From positions 558,001 through 622,000 of the forward strand of contig CDROCS010000506.1 of assembly GCA_977020255.1 (NCBI GenBank): a stretch of DNA of 64,000 nt, read 5' to 3'. Each line of letters starts with the position of its first letter. Position 1 is the first letter of the stretch. Position numbers and translations under genes: made by a program. Below are positions 1 to 10,602 of the stretch, one piece after another. The DNA comes from Obrimoposthia wandeli (taxonomy: Eukaryota). The notes under the pieces were generated by a model. It searched no databases. It worked only from the letters and a program-made list of their open reading frames with translations, and was not told where the DNA came from.

Positions 1-227
1 GTATCGACTAACGTGTTGTCGATAGAATTGTTATCAAATTCAGCATTGTCGAGCGAATCAAAATTAACGGGATCAGCAAGTTCAACAAGCGCTGGGCGCA
101 AAGGAATACTCGCGGTATTTTCACGATAAGTTACCTTCTGACCATCAAGTAAGTCAGGTAAAAAGATAATACCAATCGCCACTAAAATGATAGTGCCGAC
201 CAAGCGATGTTGAAATTTCGATGCCAC
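1..227 (-). CDS. dedD: Cell division protein DedD, N-terminal part (runs off window start)
   Basis: Manual translation from GTG at 227: MASKFQHRLVGTIILVAIGIIFLPDLLDG, the characteristic DedD N-terminus; directly downstream of folC as in the conserved accD-folC-dedD order. Confidence 0.85.
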   Translation of the reverse strand, partial: MASKFQHRLVGTIILVAIGIIFLPDLLDGQKVTYRENTASIPLRPALVELADPVNFDSLDNAEFDNNSIDNTLVD

Positions 228-233
228 GTTTAT

Positions 234-1559
234 TTAACCACTTATATGTTGGGTAATTTCCGCTACGGTGAAAAATGAGCCGAAACCAATAATAATGTCA
301 TTGCAATCAGCACGTTGATTTGCCGATTGCCAAGCTTGCGCTATTGTATCATGACTCATAGGCTGCTGCCTAAGGCTATCATGGCTTTTACTACTCGACT
401 GCATTGCATCAGCTAACCCTTGCTCGATCTGCTGGCATGGCGCGGCACGTTCACCTTGCAATGCTGCAAGGTGCCAGCAATCGACCACATCCGTCAACGC
501 AGCTAAGCTTGCGGCAATATCTTTATCTTTCAGCATACCAACAACGGCGATAACCTTAACTGGCGATCCAGCTTGTTGTTTTAAGCGATTAAGCTGGGTA
601 GCCAAGTAACGTGCTGATTCAGGATTATGTGCAACATCTAAATACTGTTGAGGCGCAGTGCCCAACTGCTGCATACGTCCAGGTAATCTTGCGTTAGCAA
701 CACCACTGCGAATTGCATGTTCAGGGACGGTTAGATCTAATGCTTGTACTGCTGCAATCGCAGTCGCGGCATTTTGTAATGGCAATTGTGGAATGGCTAA
801 CCCGGTAAATGCAAATACAGGATCATGCTGCTTTTCACTAGTACTTAATTGCCAATCCCAGCTGTTCGCATGCTGCGTATAATGGTAGTCACGATTAACC
901 GCGATCAAGTCAGCACCGATTTCATCGGCATACGCTGCAATCGTTAATGGTGGATTAATCACACCACAAATCGCTTTTTTACCTGCACGGAAGATACCGG
1001 ATTTCTCGCGGGCTATGACCGCTTTGTCCGTGCCTAACCAATCGGCGTGATCAATATCAATCGTGGTAACAACAGCTACATCAGCTGAAACGATGTTTGA
1101 CGCGTCTAAACGACCACCTAAACCGACTTCCAAGATCACCACATCTAATGCAGCGTCTTGAAATAATTTCAACGCTGATAATGTCGTAAACTCAAAATAA
1201 GTAAGGGTGGTATCGCCACGGCCTGATTCTATAAAAGCAAAAGAATCAGCGTGTGCTTGTGCAGTCAGCATTTTACCGTTAACGCGAACACGTTCTCGGT
1301 AATCTTGAATATGTGGAGAGCTAGTAACACCGACATTGAAGCCTGCATCCAGCAAAATACGCTCTAAAAAGGCGCAAGTAGACCCTTTACCATTAGTGCC
1401 AGCAACTGTAATTACTTTAGCATCAAATGTCGTTAATGCTAAGTCAGCAGCAACGCGGCCAATACGCCCTAAGCCCATTTCAATATTAACGGGATGAATA
1501 CTTTCTAAATAGCAAAGCCAGTCTGCAAGAGACTGGCTTTTATTAATATTGTTCAACAT
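234..1559 (-). CDS. folC: Bifunctional folylpolyglutamate synthase/dihydrofolate synthase
   Basis: VAGTNGKGST P-loop, LEVGLGGRLDA, DVAHNP motifs; position after accD. Confidence 0.97.
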   Translation of the reverse strand: MLNNINKSQSLADWLCYLESIHPVNIEMGLGRIGRVAADLALTTFDAKVITVAGTNGKGSTCAFLERILLDAGFNVGVTSSPHIQDYRERVRVNGKMLTAQAHADSFAFIESGRGDTTLTYFEFTTLSALKLFQDAALDVVILEVGLGGRLDASNIVSADVAVVTTIDIDHADWLGTDKAVIAREKSGIFRAGKKAICGVINPPLTIAAYADEIGADLIAVNRDYHYTQHANSWDWQLSTSEKQHDPVFAFTGLAIPQLPLQNAATAIAAVQALDLTVPEHAIRSGVANARLPGRMQQLGTAPQQYLDVAHNPESARYLATQLNRLKQQAGSPVKVIAVVGMLKDKDIAASLAALTDVVDCWHLAALQGERAAPCQQIEQGLADAMQSSSKSHDSLRQQPMSHDTIAQAWQSANQRADCNDIIIGFGSFFTVAEITQHISG

Positions 1560-1582
1560 CGGTAATAGTTACTCGCTAGTGT

Positions 1583-2539
1583 TTACTTGTTAATGCTTTC
1601 AGTTTCACTTGGCGTTTTAATTTCATCGGCTGCAGGAACAACGCTAGGTGTCACTTCAGTACTTGCTGCTTCAGTGGCGATGTTATCAGACGTTTCCAAG
1701 TTCATCATCTTCGCTAATAAGCTTGCAAGTTTATCACGCATTTCACGGCGGTCTACAATCATATCGATCGCGCCTTTTTCTAACAAGAACTCACTACGCT
1801 GGAAACCTTCAGGTAATTTTTCTCGTACCGTTTGCTCAATAACACGTGGGCCAGCAAAACCGATAAGTGCTTTAGGCTCAGCTAAGTTAAGATCACCTAA
1901 CATAGCAAGACTCGCAGATACACCACCCATTGTTGGATCAGTCATTACCGAGATATAAGGTAAGCCTTTCTTTGACAATTTAGCCAGTGCAGCACTTGTT
2001 TTTGCCATTTGCATTAGCGAGAACAACGCTTCCTGCATACGTGCACCGCCACTTGCTGAAAAGCAAATCAACGCACGGTTTTCTGCCATACACACATTAA
2101 TTGCCGCAACAAAACGTGCGCCAACAACCGTTGCCATTGAACCACCCATAAATGAGAATTCAAATGCGCATACAGCAACTGGGATACCTTTAATTGTGCC
2201 TTTTTCGACAACCAAAGCATCTTTTTCGTTGGTTGCTTTTTGTGCACTCGATAAACGGTCTTTATATTTCTTGGTATCACGGAATTTTAATTTATCACTT
2301 GGTTCAAATTCAGCACCGATTTCAATACGGCCATCTTTATCAAGTAATTTATTCAGGCGTTCACGTGCATTCACGCGCATATGGTGATCACACTTAGGAC
2401 AAACGCCTAAATTGCGCTCGAGTTCTGCATGATATAACACCTGGTCACAAGAACCACATTTAGTCCAAACACCTTCAGGGATGTTACGACGTGCCGTTGC
2501 GCTCTTGCTTTTTGGTAATATTTTTTCAATCCAGCTCAT
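1583..2539 (-). CDS. accD: Acetyl-CoA carboxylase carboxyltransferase beta subunit
   Basis: Zn finger CxxC...[29 protein letters not shown] motifs. Confidence 0.98.
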   Translation of the reverse strand: MSWIEKILPKSKSATARRNIPEGVWTKCGSCDQVLYHAELERNLGVCPKCDHHMRVNARERLNKLLDKDGRIEIGAEFEPSDKLKFRDTKKYKDRLSSAQKATNEKDALVVEKGTIKGIPVAVCAFEFSFMGGSMATVVGARFVAAINVCMAENRALICFSASGGARMQEALFSLMQMAKTSAALAKLSKKGLPYISVMTDPTMGGVSASLAMLGDLNLAEPKALIGFAGPRVIEQTVREKLPEGFQRSEFLLEKGAIDMIVDRREMRDKLASLLAKMMNLETSDNIATEAASTEVTPSVVPAADEIKTPSETESINK

Positions 2540-2884
2540 GAACCCTACTTATAATTTATTCTAATTAATTGAAGTATATGGAGTTAAATGCGTTGTTAAT
2601 TGGAGCGGAAATTAGCATCCCGATGCAATGAACAGAAATTAATGCGTTAAGTCGATGATTACCAAACTTAACAATACGCCACATTACTCGTGTAGCACAA
2701 TTAAATCACAGATTCCCCAATAAGTTTATATAAAACTGGTCATACCCTTGTAACTTGCTACCAAAATCCCATAAAAATAAATAAAGCGAAATAAAATTGA
2801 ATCATTTATAACGCGTTATTTTACACTTTAAGCATTGCTAGTCGTTTAAACTAAAATTGATTTTATAGCTTTTAAAGCAAAGAG

Positions 2885-3676
2885 TTAAAACTGTTCAGGT
2901 AAGAATAATGGGCCGACTGCTGGTCGCGGCAGGTTGAACTGGCTTGGGTAGTCAACTTCAACCATGTACAAGCCTGCAGCCTTGCTTGTAGCAGCAGCAG
3001 CTGAACGATCTTTTCCGGCTAATAACTCAGCAATCCAAGATACAGGCTTGTTACCTTTGCCTACTTCCATTAATGAACCAGCCAGATTTCTCACCATATG
3101 GTGTAAAAATGCATTCGCTTTGACGTCAATAATGATATACGCATTTTGACGTATAATCTTTATGTGGTGCATGGTTTTGATTGGGCTTTTAGCTTGGCAA
3201 TGTTTTGCACGAAAAGAAGTGAAATCATGCTCACCAATTAATTGCTGTGCCGCTTCATGCATCAAATCAACATTAATGTCACCATAGTAATGGCTAACAC
3301 CAGAACTTAAAATTGCAGGGCGTAGCTGATTGTTAAAGATAATATAACGATAACGTCGCGCTGTTGCGCTAAAGCGGGCATGAAACTCTTCATCCACTTC
3401 TTGTGCCCAACGCACCGCAATATCGTCTGGTAGATTAGCATTAACACCCAATGTCCAAGCAACGTCTTGGCGTACTGCATCAGTATCGAAATGCACAATT
3501 TGACCAGTACCATGAACACCAGAATCAGTACGTCCCGCACAATGTACGATCACTGGGTGATTAGCAACTCGAGATAAAGCCTCTTCTAGCTTTTGTTGTA
3601 CACTAATTACGTCTTTTTGACGCTGCCAGCCGTAATATTTACTACCGTCATACTCTATACCAAGTGCAATTCGCAT
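2885..3676 (-). CDS. truA: tRNA pseudouridine(38-40) synthase
   Basis: [12 protein letters not shown] start, AGRTDSGVH catalytic Asp motif, FLHHMVRN. Confidence 0.97.
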   Translation of the reverse strand: MRIALGIEYDGSKYYGWQRQKDVISVQQKLEEALSRVANHPVIVHCAGRTDSGVHGTGQIVHFDTDAVRQDVAWTLGVNANLPDDIAVRWAQEVDEEFHARFSATARRYRYIIFNNQLRPAILSSGVSHYYGDINVDLMHEAAQQLIGEHDFTSFRAKHCQAKSPIKTMHHIKIIRQNAYIIIDVKANAFLHHMVRNLAGSLMEVGKGNKPVSWIAELLAGKDRSAAAATSKAAGLYMVEVDYPSQFNLPRPAVGPLFLPEQF

Positions 3677-3717
3677 TTTTATTCCAACTTTAGACTTTTA
3701 TTCATCTCTTAAAACAA

Positions 3718-3743
3718 AAAGCGGTGACTCTCGTCACCGCTTT
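3718..3743 (-). terminator. Intrinsic terminator between fimV and truA
   Basis: Stem AAAGCGGTGAC/GTCACCGCTTT with 4-nt loop, followed on the minus strand by a T-rich tract. Confidence 0.75.
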
Positions 3744-3885
3744 ACTAAATATTACATAATAAATTTATTATGTTTTACAACATACGTGTATTCGCCGATT
3801 ATACCGTTTCAAGTGACAACTTGAAAGTAACTAACGCACGATACCCTAACGATTAACTTACGTTAGCCTCGCTATAATCAAATAC

Positions 3886-6327
3886 TCATAGTCTGCTCAG
3901 TAATTTATTAACTTCGGCCTGTTGTGCTGCATCACCGATACCGGCTAAGGGCTCTAAGATTGATTTAGCGCCATCTTTATCTTCAATCTCAAGATAAGCA
4001 CGAGCAAGATCTAACTGAGCGCCAAAACGATTCGTTTCATCATCGATATTAACCGTATCATTATCCGACAGTGAATGACTGTATTGCTCAAGTCCAACGT
4101 CTAGTTTCACTTGATCATAAGGTTCATCTTCGATGTTCGCAGGTTGTTGCCCCGCTTCGTTTAATAATTTGTCGATATCAATAAACTCTTCCGCTTGTGC
4201 AGCTTCAACATCAATCGGGGCTTGCTCGCTAGGCGCGGCACTAAATGCGTTAGGACTGTACTCCGCCATCATGGCTTCGATATCGTCCATTTTCACATCA
4301 TCATTAGATGGTGTAGTCACTGCTGGCGCCGTATTTTCAGCACCATCCAGCTCTGCCAACATTTCATCAACAGTCTGACCATGAGCCTGTGGCAATTCAT
4401 CCTTCGCTGATTCAGCTAACCCAGCGCTGGCTAAAATACTGTCAATATCGTCGACATCAACATCAAGACTATTGTCTTCGCTTGATCGGGCAGTTTCAGT
4501 TGCTGGAGCACCGTTATCCCCGCCCATCTCAGCCAGTAAGCTGTCAATATCATCCATATCAACAGTTTCTTGATTTGCGATATTCTCGGCTTCAGATTGC
4601 GCAATCGCATCTAAGCCAGCTTCAGCTAACAGGTTGTCTATATCATCCATGTCAACGACTGCATTCGCCGCTGTAACTTGAGGTTCGTTATCTGGCACGT
4701 CCGCCGCTTGATTAATCGCTTCTAATTCTGCCTCCGCAAGAATACTGTCAATATCATCCATATTGACAAATTCGTCAGCCGCAGCCTTATCAGATTGATT
4801 ATTGTCAGCCATATTGGCTTCAGCGAGAATACTATCAATATCATCCATGTTAACAAATTCATCGTTAACAACAGGTTCTCGAACCGTATCAGGAGTGCTT
4901 GGTGCTGTTACATCACCATCGTCAAGCGCGTTGAAATCAAAATCAGGAACGCCTTCGTCTGCTGTAGCTGCAGATCCATTAGATAGCTTAAACTGCGCTA
5001 ACATTGAATCAACTTCAGCGATGTCCTCATCCAATGTATTCGTCATATTTGCTGGTTGATCTGGTATCAAACTAGGTTCATCAAGCTCTTCACGCCAACT
5101 TAAATCGGGCGCGATGCTATCATTCTCAAAGCTGGTACTTTCATCATCCAGTGTTAGGTCAATATCACTAAAATCATTATCGTCCAAGTTTAAGTCTGGC
5201 ATGATAGGTGCTTGTTCAACAACTTCAGGCATAATCGGTGTTGCAACTTGAGTAACGACCGCTGCTGGAACATGGCTTACAACATCAGTAAGCTCCGCTT
5301 CCATTTGTAAATTAAAGTTAGGTTCATCTAAATCAGGTGCTGCAAACGAGTTTATCTCATCGGCCTCCATTCTAGACTGCGCAGCTGCAGATTGAGATGT
5401 TACAGGCGTTGATACATGGCTTGCCGCTGTTTCAGCCAACGTTTCCGTACTAAGGAAATCACTGAGTTCGTCAACACTATTGTCAGTCTCAAACATCAAA
5501 TCATCTTCAATGTTGTTCTTTTGATCGCTTCTATTTTTTAACCATAGACCTAACCAAACTAAGCTCAGTAATGAGAATACACCTGAAATACCACCGACCA
5601 ACCACCAATTATTATGGGTTTCGGCTTCTAATATTGCTGCATGTTTTGCTTTTTCAATTAAAACTTGTTGATCAGAGATTTGTGACTGTTGTTGTTCAAT
5701 TAGCGCTTTCAAATCTAATTTCAATTGATTATCAAGTGCCATTTGCTCCTTAAGTTCAGCTAATTCCATACGGATTATTTCTAGCTGTAACTTAAGACGG
5801 CGATTCGTTTCACTTGATAACAAAAGATGTTCATTACTTTCGGTTAGTTCACCTTGCAGTAAAGCAAGTTTATCTTGCTTAGTTTGTCTCTTGGTAGCCG
5901 TCTTAGGCTTTGAAACTGTAGGTTTACTAGCAGAGTCTGATTTCGATGCAGGTTTGTTCGTCAATAAACGCTTTAAATCTGAGCCATCAGTGGCTTGTAT
6001 TTCCGCTGCGCTAGGGATCTTCAGCAGGCTACCATCAATCATCTTGTTGATGTTACCGTCTAAGAATGCATGCGGGTTAAGCGCTAAAATTGCCGCCATT
6101 GTTTTATATAAACTAAGGCTATTGTTCGGCCTTGTCGCCGTAGCAACAGACCATAACGTGTCAGCTTTAACAATAGGGCCATAACTATTAGGTGATGACG
6201 GTGTATGAACTTCAGGGCCTTTTAACTGAAGCACAAATCCATTTGCATTGGCAGTCATGCCGGCCAGAGGCAGCAGCAAAAATAAAACAACCCATTTTAA
6301 CTTAGTTAAACCCGATATCATTGCCAA
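3886..6327 (-). CDS. fimV: FimV/HubP family polar landmark protein
   Basis: N-terminal LysM-like segment (DTLWSVA...NPHAF..GNINK), coiled coil, one TM helix, long acidic repeat region, C-terminal LDLARAYLEIEDKDGAKSIL FimV motif; asd-fimV-truA synteny. Start may be the ATG at 6321. Confidence 0.88.
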   Translation of the reverse strand: MAMISGLTKLKWVVLFLLLPLAGMTANANGFVLQLKGPEVHTPSSPNSYGPIVKADTLWSVATATRPNNSLSLYKTMAAILALNPHAFLDGNINKMIDGSLLKIPSAAEIQATDGSDLKRLLTNKPASKSDSASKPTVSKPKTATKRQTKQDKLALLQGELTESNEHLLLSSETNRRLKLQLEIIRMELAELKEQMALDNQLKLDLKALIEQQQSQISDQQVLIEKAKHAAILEAETHNNWWLVGGISGVFSLLSLVWLGLWLKNRSDQKNNIEDDLMFETDNSVDELSDFLSTETLAETAASHVSTPVTSQSAAAQSRMEADEINSFAAPDLDEPNFNLQMEAELTDVVSHVPAAVVTQVATPIMPEVVEQAPIMPDLNLDDNDFSDIDLTLDDESTSFENDSIAPDLSWREELDEPSLIPDQPANMTNTLDEDIAEVDSMLAQFKLSNGSAATADEGVPDFDFNALDDGDVTAPSTPDTVREPVVNDEFVNMDDIDSILAEANMADNNQSDKAAADEFVNMDDIDSILAEAELEAINQAADVPDNEPQVTAANAVVDMDDIDNLLAEAGLDAIAQSEAENIANQETVDMDDIDSLLAEMGGDNGAPATETARSSEDNSLDVDVDDIDSILASAGLAESAKDELPQAHGQTVDEMLAELDGAENTAPAVTTPSNDDVKMDDIEAMMAEYSPNAFSAAPSEQAPIDVEAAQAEEFIDIDKLLNEAGQQPANIEDEPYDQVKLDVGLEQYSHSLSDNDTVNIDDETNRFGAQLDLARAYLEIEDKDGAKSILEPLAGIGDAAQQAEVNKLLSRL

Positions 6328-6342
6328 CCCTTACTATGAAAC

Positions 6343-6385
6343 AATTCCAATACACTTAAATTCGATACACTTAAATTCAATATAC
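6343..6385. repeat. Short 15-bp-period tandem repeat upstream of fimV
   Basis: ATACACTTAAATTC occurs exactly at 6350-6363 and 6365-6378, with degenerate flanks. Confidence 0.7.
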
Positions 6386-6516
6386 CATATCCAAAATCCC
6401 AATATACACATGAATTTACAGGTATCTTGCACTTTACTATTTTAATGATTAATTTTTGTAAAAAACTTTTGATATCTGAAACTATGATATGAATCAGAAA
6501 ATTAAATCAAATAAAA

Positions 6517-6544
6517 AAATAGCACCCTAGATTGGGTGCTATTT
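6517..6544 (-). terminator. Intrinsic terminator after asd
   Basis: AAATAGCACCC/GGGTGCTATTT stem with 6-nt loop and T tract on the minus strand. Confidence 0.8.
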
Positions 6545-6620
6545 ATGCGACTAAAATATATTTATAACGAGTGACGTTTCAGCATCACCAAGTTATGCAC
6601 TTATTATTTGAATCTAAGTA

Positions 6621-7637
6621 TTATAGGTAATCTTTAATCAGTAGTTCTGCAATTTGTACGCTGTTTGTTGCAGCACCCTTACGGATGTTATCGCCTACAA
6701 CCCACAGGTTAATACCGCTTGCGTGTGAGATATCTTCACGAATACGACCAACGAATACTTCATCATGACCAGCTGAATCAGAAACCGGTGTTGGGTAATC
6801 TTCTTCATTCTCAATCAGTTTAACACCCGGAGCATGGCGCATAAGAGAACGTACTTCTTCTGCACTAATTGGCGTACGCGTTTCTAAATGTATCGCTTCT
6901 GAATGACCATAGAATACCGGCACACGAACAGCAGTTGGATTAACCATGATGTATTCATCACCAAAAATCTTCTGCGTTTCCCACACCATTTTCATTTCTT
7001 CTTTGGTGTAGCCATTTTCAGTAAATACATCAATCTGCGGGATCACGTTAAACGCGATCTGCTTTGGATATACTTTAGTTTCAACTTCACGTCCATTCAA
7101 TAGACTTGCAGTTTGACCAGCAAGTTCATCGATTGCACTTTTACCAGAGCCTGATACCGCTTGATACGTTGCTACGTTGATACGTTTAATACACGCTGCA
7201 TCATGAATCGGTTTTAATGCTACAAGCATTTGAATTGTTGAACAATTTGGATTCGCGATAATGCCACGGTTAGTATACTGTGCAATTGCTTCTGGATTTA
7301 CTTCTGGTATAACTAGTGGAATATCATCGTCATAACGGAATTGTGATGTGTTATCAATAATAACGACACCAGCATCGGCTGCGATTGGCGCCCATTTTTC
7401 TGATACCGAACCACCAGCTGAGAACAAACCGATTTGAACTTGTGTCCAATCGAATGTTTCAACATCTAAAACTTCAACTTGTTTATTATTAAAGGTAATC
7501 TTACCACCAGCACTACGGCTACTTGCTAATGGATAAATATTACCAATTGGAAATTCACGTTCCTGTAAAATTTCCAACATCATTTGCCCTACGGCACCTG
7601 TTGCTCCTAATACTGCAACATCATATAGTTGACTCAT
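6621..7637 (-). CDS. asd: Aspartate-semialdehyde dehydrogenase
   Basis: LGATGAVG Rossmann motif, IANPNCST catalytic Cys, DNIRKGAA; AGGAG RBS fits the ATG at 7637. Confidence 0.97.
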   Translation of the reverse strand: MSQLYDVAVLGATGAVGQMMLEILQEREFPIGNIYPLASSRSAGGKITFNNKQVEVLDVETFDWTQVQIGLFSAGGSVSEKWAPIAADAGVVIIDNTSQFRYDDDIPLVIPEVNPEAIAQYTNRGIIANPNCSTIQMLVALKPIHDAACIKRINVATYQAVSGSGKSAIDELAGQTASLLNGREVETKVYPKQIAFNVIPQIDVFTENGYTKEEMKMVWETQKIFGDEYIMVNPTAVRVPVFYGHSEAIHLETRTPISAEEVRSLMRHAPGVKLIENEEDYPTPVSDSAGHDEVFVGRIREDISHASGINLWVVGDNIRKGAATNSVQIAELLIKDYL

Positions 7638-7654
7638 CAACGACTCCTAGAAAA

Positions 7655-8773
7655 TTATTTGGCAAACCCAAGTTGATACATCGACTCTACCGCATAATGT
7701 GACTCATTTACTAGCCTCAATGAGGAAAATTCTCTTCTTTCTAAGTAATTTTTACGCATTTCATCAAAACTACCCGCTTTCATTATGTTTTTTCTAAAAA
7801 TAGCATCATCTCGGCGAACATCGTATACCAAATGGACCAAACTTTTAGCGAATGTTTGATCTGCATCTTGATTAACGTCAATGCGACTCACCGCTGGAAC
7901 AGGCAAGATATCGCTGATACTGCGCTCTGCAGGCTGACCCAGTAATTGCGCATAAGCTTGATAGATCATCTCCGTACCACGGGCTTTGCCTTCGAGGCTA
8001 TAACCAGCAATGTGTGGTGTTGCTATCGCAGCGTAAGGGATTAGCGCTAATAAGGGCGTTGGTTCGTTTTCCCAGACATCCAGCACTAACGTCATACCGT
8101 GACCTGCTTGTTTTAATTCCAGCAATGCTTGGTTATCAATTACATCACCACGACCGCTATTCACTAGGATCGCGTCTTGCGCTATACCAGCCAGTAAGTC
8201 CGCGGTTAATAGGTGCTTAGTCTGATTAGTACCGGTTTTGACCAGCGGTACATGTAAACAGATAATATCCGCTTGTAAGGCTTGCTCTAAGCTCACGAAA
8301 CCAGTCAGACCTTCCCGTTCTACTCGCGGTGGATCGCATAACATAACTTCTGCACCTAGTGCGGTCAGGCGACTAACAGTTTGCGCGCCAGTGTTACCCA
8401 CGCCAATAACCGCAATCGATTTATCAGCCAATGTGAAGCTTTGTTGCTCGGCTAATACCAATAATGCGCTACACACGTAATCGCCGACAGACACTGCATT
8501 ACAACCTGGTGCATTGGTGTAAGTAATATTACGTTGTTGCAATAGAGCTTGGTCTAAATGATCGATACCAATCGTTGCAGTACCAACAAAAGCAAGTTTG
8601 TTTGCCTGCGCAAGTAATGCCGCGTTAACTTGCGTGACAGAACGTACCATCAAGGCATCGACATCTTTTAAGTCTTCGGCACTAATGGTACGGCCAGATA
8701 AAGGCACGACTTCACCAAACTGTGAGAACAACTCAGTTGCGTAAGGCATATTTTCATCAACGACTATCTTCAT
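7655..8773 (-). CDS. pdxB: Erythronate-4-phosphate dehydrogenase
   Basis: MKIVVDENMPYA start, TPHIAGYSLEGKARGT, pdxB-asd synteny. Confidence 0.96.
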   Translation of the reverse strand: MKIVVDENMPYATELFSQFGEVVPLSGRTISAEDLKDVDALMVRSVTQVNAALLAQANKLAFVGTATIGIDHLDQALLQQRNITYTNAPGCNAVSVGDYVCSALLVLAEQQSFTLADKSIAVIGVGNTGAQTVSRLTALGAEVMLCDPPRVEREGLTGFVSLEQALQADIICLHVPLVKTGTNQTKHLLTADLLAGIAQDAILVNSGRGDVIDNQALLELKQAGHGMTLVLDVWENEPTPLLALIPYAAIATPHIAGYSLEGKARGTEMIYQAYAQLLGQPAERSISDILPVPAVSRIDVNQDADQTFAKSLVHLVYDVRRDDAIFRKNIMKAGSFDEMRKNYLERREFSSLRLVNESHYAVESMYQLGFAK

Positions 8774-8832
8774 TTAATTCTTCTCTGAATAAGACAACTC
8801 ATGTCATTTTGCGCGTTGTGAAGATAAAAAAA

Positions 8833-8866
8833 AAGCCCATTTATCAATAATCTGACAAATGGGCTT
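8833..8866 (-). terminator. Intrinsic terminator after fabB
   Basis: AAGCCCATTT/AAATGGGCTT stem followed by a long T run on the minus strand. Confidence 0.7.
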
Positions 8867-8922
8867 ATATTGTTCTCTTCACAGTAGAAAACGTATTACG
8901 TCTTCTTTAATGAATCGACATA

Positions 8923-10140
8923 CTATTTAGTGAATTTACTAAATACTAATGTCGCATTCGTGCCGCCGAAACCAAAGCTGTTCGACATTACGTTTGTTAG
9001 TACTGCATCAATTGCTTTACCTGAAACAATATCTAGACCTACCGCTTTTTCGTCAAGGTCTTGAATATTTGCACTTGCTGCAATGAAGTTATTTTCCATC
9101 ATGATTAATGAGTAGATAGCTTCATGTACACCAGCCGCGCCTAGCGCATGACCAGTCAATGCTTTCGTTGCACTGATTTTCGGTGATTTGTGACCAAATA
9201 CTGCTTGAATTGCTTCAAGTTCTTTCGTGTCACCAACCGGTGTCGATGTACCGTGGGTATTCAGGTAATCAATTTCGCCGTCAACAGTTTCTAGTGCTTG
9301 TTGCATACAACGTACAGCGCCTTCACCTGATGGTGCTACCATGTCGTAGCCATCTGATGTTGCACCGTAACCTGTGATTTCAGCATAGATAGTTGCGCCA
9401 CGAGCAAGTGCATGCTCAAGTTCTTCAACCACAACCATACCGCCACCACCAGAGATAACGAAACCATCACGGTTTGCGTCATAAGTACGTGATGCAAGTT
9501 CTGGTGTTTCGTTATATTTAGTTGATAATGCGCCCATTGCATCGAACTCTAGTGCTAGCGTCCAATCAATCTCTTCGCCGCCACCAGCAAATACGACATC
9601 TTGCTTGCCAAGTTGAATTTGTTCTACAGCATGACCAATACAATGCGCACTTGTTGCACATGCAGACGTAATTGAATAGCTTGGGCCTTTAATTTTAAAC
9701 GGTGTAGCAAGACAAGCAGAAATGGTGCTAGACATAGTACGAGTCACCATATAAGGACCCACACGCTTCACGCTTTTGTTACGCGCGATATCAACAGAAT
9801 CAACAACGTTCTTTGATGATGCTCCGCCTGAACCTGCGATGAGGCCAGTACGTACGTTAGATACTTGCTCTTCTGTTAGACCTGAATCATCAATCGCTTC
9901 TTGCATAGCAATATAACTAAAAGCGGCTGCATCACCCATGAAACGCATTGCTTTACGATCAATGATTTCTTTAGGATCAAGATTAACAGTACCGCAGACA
10001 TGGCTACGTAAGTTCTGTTCAGCGAATTGTGGTGCAAATTCGATACCACTAGTGCCTGCTTTTAGTGACTCACATACTTCTGCTTTATTGTTACCGATAC
10101 TTGATACAATACCGATACCTGTTATAACCGCTCTTTTCAT
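8923..10140 (-). CDS. fabB: Beta-ketoacyl-ACP synthase I
   Basis: SACATSAHC catalytic Cys, [22 protein letters not shown]; FabB-type [18 protein letters not shown] start. Confidence 0.96.
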   Translation of the reverse strand: MKRAVITGIGIVSSIGNNKAEVCESLKAGTSGIEFAPQFAEQNLRSHVCGTVNLDPKEIIDRKAMRFMGDAAAFSYIAMQEAIDDSGLTEEQVSNVRTGLIAGSGGASSKNVVDSVDIARNKSVKRVGPYMVTRTMSSTISACLATPFKIKGPSYSITSACATSAHCIGHAVEQIQLGKQDVVFAGGGEEIDWTLALEFDAMGALSTKYNETPELASRTYDANRDGFVISGGGGMVVVEELEHALARGATIYAEITGYGATSDGYDMVAPSGEGAVRCMQQALETVDGEIDYLNTHGTSTPVGDTKELEAIQAVFGHKSPKISATKALTGHALGAAGVHEAIYSLIMMENNFIAASANIQDLDEKAVGLDIVSGKAIDAVLTNVMSNSFGFGGTNATLVFSKFTK

Positions 10141-10602
10141 GATATTCCCTAATATAAAATTATTACGTTATTCTTACTTATTTTTTAACGTGATCTGGTC
10201 TGCTTTCCCTATAATCGGATAAGATTATGACCGTTTTATTAATTTTGAGCCTATAGATGAATTATTTTTTCCATCCCAAAAACGTATTAACGCTTTCACT
10301 AGAGCCAACAAGACTCGTTATGCTACCTAACTTCATTATAGCAAAGTCTTAATTAACCAGTATCCCACTGCAATTCGTTCTTGTCACCGCTTAAAAATTG
10401 CGTCTGATCAAATCATCAGCCTTTACGGTTACTTTTACAGCTAAATAGCCATAACAATCCCATAATCCAGCCTAATGAAATATAAAGTTGGCCATTTAAA
10501 TCAATGTAAACAATCATTAATACTGACTACAATAACGATAGTTATTCATTATTGTGACCGTTAGTACACCAATTTCAAAGAAAATTGTCTAAGGAATAGG
10601 AT

